Assembly: GCA_040755995.1 (NCBI GenBank)
Contig: JBFMAF010000034.1
Location: forward strand, 74,968 to 138,967
DNA length: 64,000 nucleotides
Source: Acidobacteriota bacterium
GTDB taxonomy: Bacteria > Acidobacteriota > CAIWXX01
Direction of reading: 5' to 3'
The translations under genes and the position numbers were made by a program. Within the stretch, counting starts at the first letter, position 1. Every line of letters begins with the position of its first letter. Under the pieces are notes generated by a model. That model did not search any database, was not told the DNA's origin, and was given only the letters and a program-made list of their open reading frames with translations. Below are positions 37,045 through 48,195 of this stretch, one piece after another.

Positions 37045-38724
37045 ATGAGAAAAGTCATCTGCTGGATCGTGACGGGCCTGATCGTGCTTCCAATCTTCTT
37101 CGGAAGCCTCGACGCTCAAGAACTGCAAGCTGGCTTGTCGCCGAGCGAAGAGATGGACAAGCTTTTCGATTTTTGGAACCGCCTGGACCAACCAGGATTT
37201 GCCGTGGTCGTGCTCAACGGGGGCCAGGTGGTCTATCAGAAGGTATTCGGCCTTGCCTGCCAGGAGCACGGCGTCCCTATCGCTCCCGATTCTGTCTTCA
37301 ACACCTCGACGCTCGCTCAGCCTATCGTCGGCCAGGCAGTGGCGATGCTGGAGAAGGAGGGCAAGCTCTCGCTGGACGACGATGTTCGCAAGACCATCCC
37401 CGAGATTCCAGACTTCGGGACACCGATCAAGTTACGCCACCTGGTATATCAAACCAGCGGGCTTCGTGACTGGCTTCCCGTGCAGCAGCTCACCGGACGC
37501 GAGATGGAGGAGCTCACATTCGAGCGGATGCTGAAGATCATCCAGGAACAGAAGAAACTCCTCTTCTCACCCGGAGATCGCTTTCAGTATTCCAATAGCA
37601 ACTATGACCTGCTAGCGGAGGCGATCAAGCGGACAACCGGGAGGACGTTTTCCGAATGGGCCTGGGAGAGCATCTTCAAGCCGTTGAAGATGACCAGGAC
37701 GCTGTTTCGCGACAACTTCAGGTCGATGATTGAAAACGAGGCCTTCAGTTATGACTACACGCGCAGCGAATACCAGAGAGGAATCGATACTCTCTCAATG
37801 ATTGGCTCGCATTCACTCCATACATCGATCACAGACCTGGCCAAGTGGCTGCAATACATCGATGCCGGAGCGGCCGGTGGGAGTGAGCTTCTCGCCAAGA
37901 TGTTCGCAGCCGGCGTCCTGAACAACGGTCAGAGATCTGCGTACTGCTACGGATTCAATGTCGACGATGGCGCGGGAAGGAGGCAGGTAAGTCAAACAGG
38001 AACCTGGGCCGGATCCGGAGCAAACCTGGTCTATTTGCCCGACCAGCGATTCGGATTCGCCGTCCTGTCCAATTGGGACTATGTTCCAGCCGATGCATTC
38101 GCGACGGACATAATCGGTATCTACCTGCCTGCTGAAGCCCCAGTGCCCGACACGGGCGGCACGGCGGCCGCGGATAAGAAGAGTGTGAAGGTCAACCGGG
38201 AAAAGCTCGATCAGTACGTCGGCGACTATCGCCTGCGGCCACGCCAGGTTTTCACCATCAGCCGCTCGGGCGATCAGCTTACACTCGACTTCTCCGGGCA
38301 GAAATTCCCGCTGACGGCCCTGTCGGAAACCGATTTCTTCTTGGACGTCGCCGACGCGCGCATTACCTTTCAGAAGAATAGTGATGGGAAAGTCCTTCAA
38401 TGTCTCTGGAAGGGTGGAAGCGAGATAATTGCGCCGAGGGTTGTTCTGGTCAAGCCCACGCCGGAAGAGCTGAATGAGTTTGCGGGAACCTATTTCAATG
38501 AAGAACTGGATCTACGCATCCGGCTCCTGCTGCGCGGCGATGCGCTCGTTGTTCAGAGTCCGGGGCAGGGCGACGTCCGCCTGGCGCCTGATGAACAAGA
38601 TCGTTTCTCGTCGACTTCGATCGCCATGCCGATGATCATCTTCCAGCGAGATGCAGGGAAGCTTGTGACCGGATTCACAATCGATACCGATGCTGTGCGT
38701 GATCTGGTCTTCAGGAAAGAATGA
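37045..38724 (+). CDS. Serine hydrolase/AmpC-like beta-lactamase family protein with C-terminal DUF3471-like domains, probably catalytically degenerate
   Basis: Signal peptide, PGFAVVV, LSLDDDVRK, TSGLRD, PGDRFQYSNSNY; the SxxK position reads NTSTLAQ. Confidence 0.82.
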   Translation: MRKVICWIVTGLIVLPIFFGSLDAQELQAGLSPSEEMDKLFDFWNRLDQPGFAVVVLNGGQVVYQKVFGLACQEHGVPIAPDSVFNTSTLAQPIVGQAVAMLEKEGKLSLDDDVRKTIPEIPDFGTPIKLRHLVYQTSGLRDWLPVQQLTGREMEELTFERMLKIIQEQKKLLFSPGDRFQYSNSNYDLLAEAIKRTTGRTFSEWAWESIFKPLKMTRTLFRDNFRSMIENEAFSYDYTRSEYQRGIDTLSMIGSHSLHTSITDLAKWLQYIDAGAAGGSELLAKMFAAGVLNNGQRSAYCYGFNVDDGAGRRQVSQTGTWAGSGANLVYLPDQRFGFAVLSNWDYVPADAFATDIIGIYLPAEAPVPDTGGTAAADKKSVKVNREKLDQYVGDYRLRPRQVFTISRSGDQLTLDFSGQKFPLTALSETDFFLDVADARITFQKNSDGKVLQCLWKGGSEIIAPRVVLVKPTPEELNEFAGTYFNEELDLRIRLLLRGDALVVQSPGQGDVRLAPDEQDRFSSTSIAMPMIIFQRDAGKLVTGFTIDTDAVRDLVFRKE

Positions 38725-38748
38725 TCCGCGCCGTCAGGCCACACGGGT

Positions 38749-40086
38749 TCACTCCATCCCGAGCAGCTTCAGCTTCTTCCAGAGCGTCTTGCGGCTGATG
38801 CCCAGGATCTCGGCGGCGCGCTTGCGCTGTCCGCCCACACTTTGGAGCACTTCCTGAAGATACCGCCGCTCCGCCTCGCGAATCGCAAGGTTCAACGGGT
38901 GCGCGGGGGCAGCCGGTTCTGCGGCTCTGTCCATCCCTTCCACTGCGAAGTCCTCCTCGGTCAGAATGGAGTTCTTGGCCAGCGTCACGGCACGCTGCAG
39001 ACTCGATTCCAGCTCGCGCACGTTCCCAGGCCAGTGGTAGGCCAACAGATAGCGGCATGCATCGGGGCTCAACCCCTGGATCGACTTTCCGGGCTGCTGG
39101 TACTTGGCGAGGAAGTGATTGGCGAGCGGGAGGATGTCTTCGCGCCGGTCGCGCAGGGGCGGGAGTGAGACCGTGATGACCTTGAGGCGGTAGAAGAGGT
39201 CCTCGCGCATGCGTCCCGCGAGCACCTCGTCTTCCAACCGCTTTCGGCTGGCTGAGATGACGCGCACATCCACCTTGATGGTCCTGCTCCCGCCCACGCG
39301 CTCGAACTCTTTCTCCTGCAGCACCCGAAGGAGCTTGGCCTGGAGTGCCGGGCCGGGATCCGCCACCTCGTCGAGGAACAGGCTGCCGCCGTCGGCCATC
39401 TCGAAGCGACCCTTGCGGTCGCGGATTGCGCCGGTGAAGGCCCCCTTCTCGTGACCGAAGAGCTCCGCTTCGAGCAGTGTTTCCGGAATCGCAGCGCAGG
39501 CCACCTTGATGAGCGGTGCCGCCTTGCGCGCGCTCTGCTGGTGAATCGCCCGCGCCACCAGCTCCTTGCCGGTCCCCGTCTCGCCCTGGATCAGCACCGT
39601 CGCGTCGCTCTGGGCGACTGTTGCTATGAGGTCACAGACGCGCGCCATCTTCTGGCTCACGTAGATGATGTCGCAGAACTGCTGCACGCCTTCGGGGCGC
39701 GCGTGACGCGTGTCGATATTGCCGCGCTGCGCGAGAAGCCCGCGCAACAGAATCAACAGGTCTTCCTGCGGGAATGGTTTCTGCAGGTAATCAGCCGCGC
39801 CGGCCTTCATCGCGGCCACTGCGGACTGGATCGTACCGTACGCGGTCATCATGATCCCCAGCCCCTCGGGGTTGACCGTCCGGTAGCCATCGAGCAGCGT
39901 CAGACCGTCGACTCGAGGCAGCTTCAGGTCCAGCAGCGCAACATCAAAAGGTTGGTTCTGGATGAGATCGAGCGCCTCGATACCGTCGGACGCGGCCACC
40001 ACCTCGTATCCCTCCTCTGCGAGATCGTTTGCGAGCGTGAGGCGGAGAATCGGTTCGTCCTCGACCACCAGCACGCGATACCTCAT
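38749..40086 (-). CDS. sigma54-dependent response regulator (NtrC/AtoC family)
   Basis: VVEDE, LLDLKLP, GETGTGKE, GAFTGA, WPGNVRELE, Fis-type HTH. Confidence 0.95.
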   Translation of the reverse strand: MRYRVLVVEDEPILRLTLANDLAEEGYEVVAASDGIEALDLIQNQPFDVALLDLKLPRVDGLTLLDGYRTVNPEGLGIMMTAYGTIQSAVAAMKAGAADYLQKPFPQEDLLILLRGLLAQRGNIDTRHARPEGVQQFCDIIYVSQKMARVCDLIATVAQSDATVLIQGETGTGKELVARAIHQQSARKAAPLIKVACAAIPETLLEAELFGHEKGAFTGAIRDRKGRFEMADGGSLFLDEVADPGPALQAKLLRVLQEKEFERVGGSRTIKVDVRVISASRKRLEDEVLAGRMREDLFYRLKVITVSLPPLRDRREDILPLANHFLAKYQQPGKSIQGLSPDACRYLLAYHWPGNVRELESSLQRAVTLAKNSILTEEDFAVEGMDRAAEPAAPAHPLNLAIREAERRYLQEVLQSVGGQRKRAAEILGISRKTLWKKLKLLGME

Positions 40087-40150
40087 CGCGCCCTCCTGCT
40101 GTTGGAGCAGCGGAGCGTCACTGTCCGGCCGCCTCGGCACTTCCAGCCTG

Positions 40151-41617
40151 TCATCCGGCCGTCCTTTCGGGGTTCAGCGGTAGTGTGATGATGAAAGTGC
40201 TCCCCTTGCCCACTTCGCTCCTCACGTCGATAGTGCCTCCGTGTGCGCGCACGAAGCCGTAGCCGACAGAAAGCCCGAGGCCCGTGCCCTTGCCGACCTC
40301 CTTGGTGGTGAAGAACGGGTCGAAAATCCTCGCCTGGTGCTCCGGCCGAATGCCGACACCGGTGTCCGAGACCTGCACCTGCACCACGGGCCCTGAGTCG
40401 CGCTCATGCGGCCCTACGCTCACCGTCAAGCTTCCGCCGTCCGGCATGGCCTCCATAGCGTTCCGCAGTACGTTCAAAAAGACCTGCTCCATCTGGTGCG
40501 GGTCGATGAACGCGTCCGGAAGGCGTGGATCCGCGGCAAGCGAGTAGCTAATGCGCCTGGGGGTAAGCTCGTGATCCAAGAGGGTGAGCACCCGCCGGAG
40601 CAGCGCGGCGACATTGGTCTGGGCGAGCTGTGGCTTGGCCTCGCGGGCGAAGTTCAGCAACTGCCCGACGGTACGCCCGATCCGGCCGAGGCCGTCCTGG
40701 AGCATGGTCAGGTACTGGACGCGTTGCCCCTCATCCTTCAGCCCTTTCAGTAGTGTCCTGACGCAGTTCTGCATCCCGGCCAGTGGGTTGTTGATCTGGT
40801 GTGCGATGCCGGCGGCCATCTTGCCGAGCGACGCGAGGTTCTCGGCCCTGCGGATCTCTTCCTCATGCCGGTCCTCGAGCTGCCGCCGGGCGTCATACAG
40901 TCGGGTCACCATCGCGTTGAAGCTCCTTGCAAGTTGGCCGATCTCGTCGTTCTCGCGAGCGTCTATTCTTACGCTGAGGTCGCCGGCCTCCACCAGATTC
41001 ATCGTGCGCGAGATCGTTTCGATCCTGCGGCCCATCGCAAGCGAAAAGTACGCGGTGATCAACGCCCCGGTCAGCACGAGGCCGACAACCGCCGACAGGG
41101 CTACCCAGGTCAGGTATCCGTCCCAGTTCGCCTCGGCACGAGGCACGTTTACCAACACGTTCAACATGCCGAGCACTGCGCGGTCGGGCGGATGGCATCC
41201 CTGGCAGGCCCGAACGTTGAGGACGGGCCGGAACACGCCGACGCGGCTCCCACCACCGCTCCACGCGAGCCCGCCGGTCGCCTCCCCGGCGGGCCTCTCG
41301 CCGGACGGTAGTCCGTGGCCGACCTCTTCGGGCCGGCTTGATCGCCGGATCACCCACGACGCATCGAGGACGCGAATGGTCTCAATCTGAGGTGACTCCC
41401 CCATGTGCGCCAGAATCGTCTGGACTTCCTTCGTCCTCCCCTGCCCCATCGCCTCTGCGATGGAGCGCTCGGCCACGTTGGCAATCACGTCGGCCTCGCG
41501 CCTGGCCGCATCTACCCGGTATAGCCCGTTGATGCGATAGGTAATCAACGAGTAGACGGCGATCACCACGAGCAGGATCGCCCCTACACCGAATGCCATC
41601 TTGAACCGCAGCGCCAT
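40151..41617 (-). CDS. Membrane sensor histidine kinase with HAMP and a periplasmic CxxCH motif
   Basis: Two TMs, ACQGCH, HAMP (DEIGQLARSFNAM), AHQINNP, NVLRNA, FDPFFTTK, GTGLGL. Confidence 0.92.
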   Translation of the reverse strand: MALRFKMAFGVGAILLVVIAVYSLITYRINGLYRVDAARREADVIANVAERSIAEAMGQGRTKEVQTILAHMGESPQIETIRVLDASWVIRRSSRPEEVGHGLPSGERPAGEATGGLAWSGGGSRVGVFRPVLNVRACQGCHPPDRAVLGMLNVLVNVPRAEANWDGYLTWVALSAVVGLVLTGALITAYFSLAMGRRIETISRTMNLVEAGDLSVRIDARENDEIGQLARSFNAMVTRLYDARRQLEDRHEEEIRRAENLASLGKMAAGIAHQINNPLAGMQNCVRTLLKGLKDEGQRVQYLTMLQDGLGRIGRTVGQLLNFAREAKPQLAQTNVAALLRRVLTLLDHELTPRRISYSLAADPRLPDAFIDPHQMEQVFLNVLRNAMEAMPDGGSLTVSVGPHERDSGPVVQVQVSDTGVGIRPEHQARIFDPFFTTKEVGKGTGLGLSVGYGFVRAHGGTIDVRSEVGKGSTFIITLPLNPERTAG

Positions 41618-41709
41618 CCAACCACCAGTGTATACGTATACACTCAGGCCGGGTCTCGTTCAACTCCCGGCGCCGGAATTGGTTTGACCCGCCGGGATTG
41701 TTCCAGCTA

Positions 41710-41725
41710 TGCTTTGGCAGTGCCA
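41710..41725 (-). promoter_or_regulatory. Putative sigma54 -24/-12 promoter for the kinase-regulator operon
   Basis: Minus strand TGGCAC-TGCCA-AAGCA (GG-N10-GC), ~90 bp upstream of the kinase ATG. Confidence 0.45.
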
Positions 41726-41780
41726 CGCCCCCTGGCACTGATGTCGACCCGGTCAGGCCATGCTTCGTTGGAGATGTGAC

Positions 41781-44222
41781 ATGAAGAGCGCGACCGTAGC
41801 GGTCATCGCCTTCTTCACTTGTGCTGTCTCGTTCGCAATCGCTGGTGACAACCGTTGGACCTTCCTCGGTCCGGAAGGCGGCGGGATCGACTCCTTCACG
41901 TTCCATCCGCAGATCAAGGGAACGATCTACGCGAGCGGGAATGGCGTGTTCCGAAGCCGTGATTTCGGGTTGAGCTGGGAGCGCCTGCCGCTGGCCGGTG
42001 GTATCCTCAGGATCCACCCCAAGAACCCGGGTACTATCGTGGCGGCCCTCTGGGATATGGTGTACGCTTCGACCAACAAGGGGAATACATGGCAGGTGAT
42101 TTGCCCGGATGCCAAGACATCGGATGGCTTTTCCGATCTCGAATTCCACTCGGGAGACCCGCAGATCCTGTATGGCGTCACGCATTACACCGGAGTGTTC
42201 AAGAGCACTGATGGTGGGAAGAGCTGGACAAGGAGAAGCTCCGGGCTGAAGCTTGAACCCGCAGATCCCAACGGGCGCGCCGGAATTGAGGTGGATCCCA
42301 CCGATGGCAATCGCGTGTATGCGTTGCTGGCGAGCAGCAGGGTATACAAGACGACCGACGGCGGGGAATCGTGGGTCGAGCTGAAGAAGGGGCTGGATAT
42401 TCTGGATCGCACGATGGAGAGCATCGCGATCGACGTGCGCGATCCGGAGACACTCTACGTTGCGGGCCAGACGCCCGCGGTGTACAAGTCCACCAGTGGC
42501 GGCAGCGACTGGTTCCTAACCGGTATGGGCGGAGAATGGTACGAGGTGGCAGTCGATCCGAAGAATTCGCGGGCAGTCTATGCGGGGTCGACCCAGGTGG
42601 GCAGGAGCACAGATGGCGGGGAATCGTGCTCGTACGTCAGCATGCCCTGGCCGACGGTCATCTATGTCGAGGGGATCGGGATTCATCCGAGCAAGAACCT
42701 GGTATTCGCGGGCACTTCGAAGGTCGGGATATTCAGGTCCTCAAACAACGGCAAGACCTGGCGCCAAGCGAACCGCGGCCTGGACGCAATGTGGGTGTAC
42801 GATCTGCAGGCTCCGGCACAGCAGGCGAATACCCTGTTCGCGTCCCCCCTCTTGGACCTCTATAGGAGTCTGAATGGTGGGACTAGCTGGGAAGTATGTG
42901 AAGGACTGGCGGAATTCGAGGTCGACGGCAAGATCGCCATTCATCCCAAGGATCCCAATCTCATCGCCGTACCAGGAATAGGGCTATCGGGTGATGCTGA
43001 TGCGATCGCGCTCAGCAGAGACGGAGGCACCACATGGGAGTTCAAGATCCCATGGCAGCCCGCGGGGCACTACCAGGCGTATGCAGTGGCCATGCATCCC
43101 ACGAATCGGGACGTGATGTACGTGGCGCTTTCGCGCAGGGATACCTCGAACACCCCCCTCGGCTTGGTGAAGACCACTGACGGGGGCGAGACATGGAGGT
43201 TGGTTAGCAAGGGGCTGTCCGAGAAGCGCGTCGGGGTGATCGCCTTCGACGCGCGGGACAGCTCGACAATGTACGCCGGCACGTGGATGGGCCATCAAGG
43301 GACCGGGCGTGGCAGGGTCTTCAGGAGCACCGACGGAGGAGAGTCGTGGAAGGAACGCAGCAAGGGGTTGGGGGAGCAGAACGTCCGCGACATCCTCGTC
43401 GACAAGGCAAATTCCAGCGTGATCTATGCGGCTACCGGTGCAGCGACATACAAGAGCACCGATGCCGGCCGCAGCTGGGTGCTCAAGAACGGTACACCGA
43501 CCTTCTGCCTGGCTCAGCATCCCTCGAACAAGCAGACGCTTGTTGCAGGCGGACAGTATGGTCTCTGGATTTCGACAGATGCAGGAGAGAACTGGAGTGC
43601 CTTCGATTCGACCGGACTCGGTCCGTTCCAGGTATGGGACTTTCTCTTTGATCCGGCCGACGCAGAGAAGTTTCTGATCGGAACCACCGGTGGAGTCTAC
43701 ACCTACACGCGCAAGGTGTCCCCGGCCGCACCTGTGATCGAGCAGCTGCTGCCTGCCTCAGGGAAGGTCGGCGACACGATCTCGATCAAAGGCAAGGCGT
43801 TCGGTCAGGCGCAGTCCACCAGCAAGGTTCTCTTCGTCAACCTCGACGCCGGAGCCGCGCAGTCCTGGTCAGATACGAGCATCCAGGTCGCAGTCCCGGC
43901 GGGCGCTCGGACCGGCCCGGTGACAGTCACCGTCTTGGCGAAGAGGAGCAACCCCTACGAGTTCATCGTGCTACCGGCGACCGGCAACGTGGAGCCCACC
44001 AGCGGCCCGGCCGCGGGCGGGACGCGCGTCACGATCATAGCTCCTTCCGGCACCTCCGGCACCCAGTTCAACGTCCTGTTCGGCTCGGCCGTGGCCCTGG
44101 GCGTCGGTTTCACACCGCCGAACATCATCACATGCACCAGCCCCGCTGGATCGGGCACGGTCGATGTCAAAGTGACAAGCTCCGTCACTTCGACGACCGT
44201 CGGGACGTTCACGTACCAGTAG
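41781..44222 (+). CDS. Secreted BNR/Asp-box repeat beta-propeller protein with C-terminal IPT/TIG domains
   Basis: Signal peptide; many S/T-x-D-G-G-x-S/T-W repeats; C-terminal PASGKVGDTISIKG and PTSGPAAGGTRVTI. Confidence 0.85.
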   Translation: MKSATVAVIAFFTCAVSFAIAGDNRWTFLGPEGGGIDSFTFHPQIKGTIYASGNGVFRSRDFGLSWERLPLAGGILRIHPKNPGTIVAALWDMVYASTNKGNTWQVICPDAKTSDGFSDLEFHSGDPQILYGVTHYTGVFKSTDGGKSWTRRSSGLKLEPADPNGRAGIEVDPTDGNRVYALLASSRVYKTTDGGESWVELKKGLDILDRTMESIAIDVRDPETLYVAGQTPAVYKSTSGGSDWFLTGMGGEWYEVAVDPKNSRAVYAGSTQVGRSTDGGESCSYVSMPWPTVIYVEGIGIHPSKNLVFAGTSKVGIFRSSNNGKTWRQANRGLDAMWVYDLQAPAQQANTLFASPLLDLYRSLNGGTSWEVCEGLAEFEVDGKIAIHPKDPNLIAVPGIGLSGDADAIALSRDGGTTWEFKIPWQPAGHYQAYAVAMHPTNRDVMYVALSRRDTSNTPLGLVKTTDGGETWRLVSKGLSEKRVGVIAFDARDSSTMYAGTWMGHQGTGRGRVFRSTDGGESWKERSKGLGEQNVRDILVDKANSSVIYAATGAATYKSTDAGRSWVLKNGTPTFCLAQHPSNKQTLVAGGQYGLWISTDAGENWSAFDSTGLGPFQVWDFLFDPADAEKFLIGTTGGVYTYTRKVSPAAPVIEQLLPASGKVGDTISIKGKAFGQAQSTSKVLFVNLDAGAAQSWSDTSIQVAVPAGARTGPVTVTVLAKRSNPYEFIVLPATGNVEPTSGPAAGGTRVTIIAPSGTSGTQFNVLFGSAVALGVGFTPPNIITCTSPAGSGTVDVKVTSSVTSTTVGTFTYQ

Positions 44223-44371
44223 GCGGATGACTGCTTCGCCAATCATCGGTCCGCCGAACAGTCTTCCACACTGCCCACCGCCCATACTGATGATGCCCTA
44301 CCGCTCACTTCGCTAAGCAAGGTACATGCGACGCGACACGGGTCGCTGTGAGTATCTGATATAATGCCGCT

Positions 44372-45955
44372 GTGAGCCGATTCTTCAATCTGGAAGGGCC
44401 CGTGAGGCCCGAAGATCACTATTGTCTGCCCCCTCTCAGCAGGCTCGATATGTCCGAGGTCATGGACATGATCGACCGGAAACGCTATTTCGTCCTTCAC
44501 GCGCCGCGCCAGACAGGTAAGACGAGCTGCCTGCTGGCACTCATGAAGCGCCTGAACGGCGAAGGGCGTTATCGGTGCCTGTACGTCAATGTTGAGGTTG
44601 CGCAATCGGCGCGTGAGGATGTGAAGCGTGGAATGCGAGCCATTCTGACGGTGCTCGGCGCGAGGGCGCAGGAGGCGCTCGGGGACGCCTATCCCGAATC
44701 CATCGCGGCTGAGATGCTCGAGAAGGCAGGCGAAGACGCTGCTTTGGGGCGGGTTCTGAACCTGTGGTCGGCAACCTCTGCTAAACCACTCGTGGTTCTT
44801 TTTGACGAAGTGGATTCGCTCGTCGGCGACACATTGATCGCCGTGCTGCGGCAGCTCCGCGAGGGCTACGACAAGCGCCCGGCCGCATTTCCTCAGAGCG
44901 TTGTTCTTTGTGGGGTGCGCGACGTCAGGGACTACCGCATTCGCTCCTCGAAAGAGAATACGCAGATTGCCGGCGGCAGCGCGTTCAATGTGAAGGCCAA
45001 GTCGCTGCGGCTTGGTGATTTCTCCCACAGCGAAGTGACGGCACTGTACAAGCAGCACACCGAAGAGACCGGGCAGTCGTTCGAGGATGCTGCGCTGGAG
45101 CTGGCCTGGGAGCTGACCCGGGGCCAGCCTTGGCTCGCGAATGCGCTTGCATACGGCGCATGCTTCGAGATGAAAAGCGGCAGAGACCGCTCGATGCCGA
45201 TCACGGCGGACATGATACTGGAAGCCAAGGAGAGGCTTATCCTGGATCGCGTGACCCATCTCGACCAGCTTGCCGACAAGCTGAGGGAACCCAGAGTGCG
45301 GCGAGTGATCGAGCCGCTGCTGGCAGGCGAGACCAGCCCAGAGGCGCTATCTCCGAACGACATCTCCTACGTGCAGGATCTCGGCCTGATCCGCACGGAC
45401 GGGCAGCTGTCAATCGCCAACCCGATCTACCAGGAGGTGATACCTCGCGAGCTCACGATCGCGACTCAGTACACGATCTCACATCAGCCTGCGTGGTACA
45501 TCCTGGCCGACGGCCGTATCGACATGTCGAAGCTGATCGGCGCGTTCCAGGAGTTCTTCCGCGAAAACTCGGAGATCTGGATCGAACGGTTCGAGTACAA
45601 GGAGGCCGGGCCGCAGCTGCTCATGCAAGCTTTCTTGCAGCGCATAGTGAACGGGGGTGGGTACGTACAGCGCGAATACGGGCTGGGGCTCGGGCGTACA
45701 GACCTTCTGGCCGTGTGGCCTTATCCCGGCGGAGTTCAGAAGGCCGTGATCGAGTTGAAGATACTGCACAAGTCGGTCGAGCGCACGATCGCCGAAGGCC
45801 TGCGGCAGACGGCCGGGTATATGGATCGCTGCGGCGTCAGCGATGAGGGGCACCTGATCGTCTTCGACCGCACTCCAGGACGATCGTGGGACGAGAAGAT
45901 CTTCAGGCGCGATGAGGCTGTGGCCCGCAGCATCATCCACGTCTGGGGGATGTGA
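44372..45955 (+). CDS. AAA-family ATPase with C-terminal PD-(D/E)XK-like domain
   Basis: APRQTGKT, LFDEVD; REYGLGLGRTDLL..VIELK. Confidence 0.82.
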   Translation: MSRFFNLEGPVRPEDHYCLPPLSRLDMSEVMDMIDRKRYFVLHAPRQTGKTSCLLALMKRLNGEGRYRCLYVNVEVAQSAREDVKRGMRAILTVLGARAQEALGDAYPESIAAEMLEKAGEDAALGRVLNLWSATSAKPLVVLFDEVDSLVGDTLIAVLRQLREGYDKRPAAFPQSVVLCGVRDVRDYRIRSSKENTQIAGGSAFNVKAKSLRLGDFSHSEVTALYKQHTEETGQSFEDAALELAWELTRGQPWLANALAYGACFEMKSGRDRSMPITADMILEAKERLILDRVTHLDQLADKLREPRVRRVIEPLLAGETSPEALSPNDISYVQDLGLIRTDGQLSIANPIYQEVIPRELTIATQYTISHQPAWYILADGRIDMSKLIGAFQEFFRENSEIWIERFEYKEAGPQLLMQAFLQRIVNGGGYVQREYGLGLGRTDLLAVWPYPGGVQKAVIELKILHKSVERTIAEGLRQTAGYMDRCGVSDEGHLIVFDRTPGRSWDEKIFRRDEAVARSIIHVWGM

Positions 45956-46110
45956 GAAAAGCATCCCGGCTCGCCGTCGAGGGACAGACAGCAGGCTGTG
46001 AGGATGCTCCGGCCGGGCGGCACTGCTCGGGTGTGCAAGACACTGCGGCCGATCTCTCACGCGCTGAACAGGTACGCACCTGCTTCGCCGGTGCGTGCAT
46101 GCGATGACTG

Positions 46111-48195
46111 TCAGTTCTCCAGCTGGCGAAGCAGCGCGTCCACATCCGAGACCGGCTCCTTGCAGGTGAAGTTGCGGCAGACGTAGACGAGAGGGCCGCT
46201 GTCTCCCGCTTGCTTGCTCTGGATCGCTGGCGCCTCGGCGGCGTCCAGCTCGCCGTCGGCTATGAGCACCACCGTGCGTGGTAGGAATCGCGACTGGACC
46301 GCATCGGTGAGGGCCCGTGTCCGCCCGTCGCTCCTCTCGCCGGCGATCACGATCTGCCGGCTCGGGCCGATGAAATGATCGTGCGCGATTGCGAGATAGG
46401 GCACCTGCGACGGGTGCTTGCGAAGAAGACCAGCATAAGCCCGCAGCGTCTCGGCAGCCTTCTGACGCAGCGCATCATCCGAGAAGATCTCTGCGAGCCG
46501 CACGAGGTTGAGCACCGCCACGGAGTTTCCCGCAGGCAGAGCCCCGTCGGTGATCTCCTTCTGGCGCGCAATCAGATCCGACCGCCCCGGAGCGGTGAAG
46601 AAGAAACCAGCACCGTCGGCATCGTAAAACAGCTCAATGCACTTCGTGTTGAGCTCCCGGGCGAGCCGCAGCCAGCGGGCTTCGTACGAGGTCTCGTAGA
46701 GATCCAGCAAGCCCTGGACGAATAGGGCGTAGTCGGCGAGCGTCCCGTCGTACTTCGCCTCGCCGAGACGGAAGCGTGAATGGAGCGATCCACCCCTGTA
46801 GAGGCTCGATGAGATGAACTCGGCCGCCCGCGTGGCCGCTGAGGCGAAGAGGGGTTCGCGCAGGGCGCGCGCTGCCGCGGCCATCCCGGAGATGGCCAGG
46901 CCGTTCCAGGATGTCAGGATCTTGTCATCGCGCAGCGGACGCGTGCGTTTCGATCGGGCTTCGAAGAGCATTCGTCTGGCGGCCTCTACGACCCGCGCAA
47001 CTTCCTGGGCGTCCAGGTGCTCCAAACGCGCGATCTGTTCAGGTGTGAACCTCACGTTTAGAATATTGAGCCCCGACGTTCGCGAATGAGGCTCCTCCCA
47101 GTTGCCCTCCTCCGTCACGTCGAGCGCGAGACCGAAGATGCGTGCGTCGCTTTCTCCGAGGAGGCTCTCGACCTCGGCGCGCGTCCAGACATAGAACTTC
47201 CCTTCGACACCTTCGCTGTCGGCGTCCTCGGCCGAGTAGAACCCGCCGTCCGGGTCCTGCATGTCGCGGAGCAGGTAGTCGGCGGTCTCTCGCACGACAC
47301 GCTCGTAGGGGGCCCTGCCCGTGATCTGGTAGGCTTCTGCGTACAGGCGCAGGAGTTGAGCGTTGTCGTAGAGCATCTTTTCGAAGTGCGGCACCAGCCA
47401 GCGCGCGTCGGTAGAGTATCGAGCGAAGCCACCTCCGAGGTGGTCATAGATCCCGCCGTTTGCCATGTGCACGAGCTGCGATTCGACCATCTCGAGCGGC
47501 CTGGGGTCCTGCGTACGGGCGTGCAGCCGGAGGAGGAAGAGCGAGATCGACGGCTGGGGGAATTTCGGCGCGCCGCCGAAGGCGCCATGAGCCTCGTCGA
47601 AGCTGCGTTCGAAGTGCGGCAGGGCCTCCGACAGCAGGTCCTCATCGAGATCGCCTCGGGCGTCCCAGGCGCCGAGCCGCTGCACGGCATTCGTCACCTC
47701 ATCCGCCTCGCGCGCGATCTCCTCGCCCTTTGTCTTCCAACTGGCGGCGAGCAGCTCGAGCACGCGGCGGAAGCCCGGCCGCCCCCAGTTGTCCTCGGGC
47801 GGGAAGTACGTCCCTCCGAAGAACGGCTTCAGATCCGGTGTGAGCCACATCGACATCGGCCAGCCTCCGGGCTGCCCCAGCACCTGGGTCAGCGCCGTCA
47901 TGTAGATGTCGTCGACATCGGGGCGCTCTTCGCGATCCACCTTCACCGGCACGAAATGCTCGTTGAGGACCGCTGCTGTCTCCTCGTCCTCGAAGCTCTC
48001 GCGCTCCATGACGTGGCACCAGTGGCAGGTCGAGTATCCGATGGACAGGAAGATGGGCTTGTTCTCTCGTTTTGCTTTGTCGAACGCCTCCTGTCCCCAG
48101 GGATACCAGTCGACGGGGTTGGTGGCGTGCTGCTGGAGGTAGGGGCTCTTCTCGTGAGCGAGCCGATTATTCGGCTTCTCCTGTTCGTGCAGCAC
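46111..48195 (-). CDS. YyaL/SPATA20-like thioredoxin-domain protein (DUF255 + alpha/alpha barrel)
   Basis: [52 protein letters not shown]. Confidence 0.95.
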   Translation of the reverse strand: MLHEQEKPNNRLAHEKSPYLQQHATNPVDWYPWGQEAFDKAKRENKPIFLSIGYSTCHWCHVMERESFEDEETAAVLNEHFVPVKVDREERPDVDDIYMTALTQVLGQPGGWPMSMWLTPDLKPFFGGTYFPPEDNWGRPGFRRVLELLAASWKTKGEEIAREADEVTNAVQRLGAWDARGDLDEDLLSEALPHFERSFDEAHGAFGGAPKFPQPSISLFLLRLHARTQDPRPLEMVESQLVHMANGGIYDHLGGGFARYSTDARWLVPHFEKMLYDNAQLLRLYAEAYQITGRAPYERVVRETADYLLRDMQDPDGGFYSAEDADSEGVEGKFYVWTRAEVESLLGESDARIFGLALDVTEEGNWEEPHSRTSGLNILNVRFTPEQIARLEHLDAQEVARVVEAARRMLFEARSKRTRPLRDDKILTSWNGLAISGMAAAARALREPLFASAATRAAEFISSSLYRGGSLHSRFRLGEAKYDGTLADYALFVQGLLDLYETSYEARWLRLARELNTKCIELFYDADGAGFFFTAPGRSDLIARQKEITDGALPAGNSVAVLNLVRLAEIFSDDALRQKAAETLRAYAGLLRKHPSQVPYLAIAHDHFIGPSRQIVIAGERSDGRTRALTDAVQSRFLPRTVVLIADGELDAAEAPAIQSKQAGDSGPLVYVCRNFTCKEPVSDVDALLRQLEN

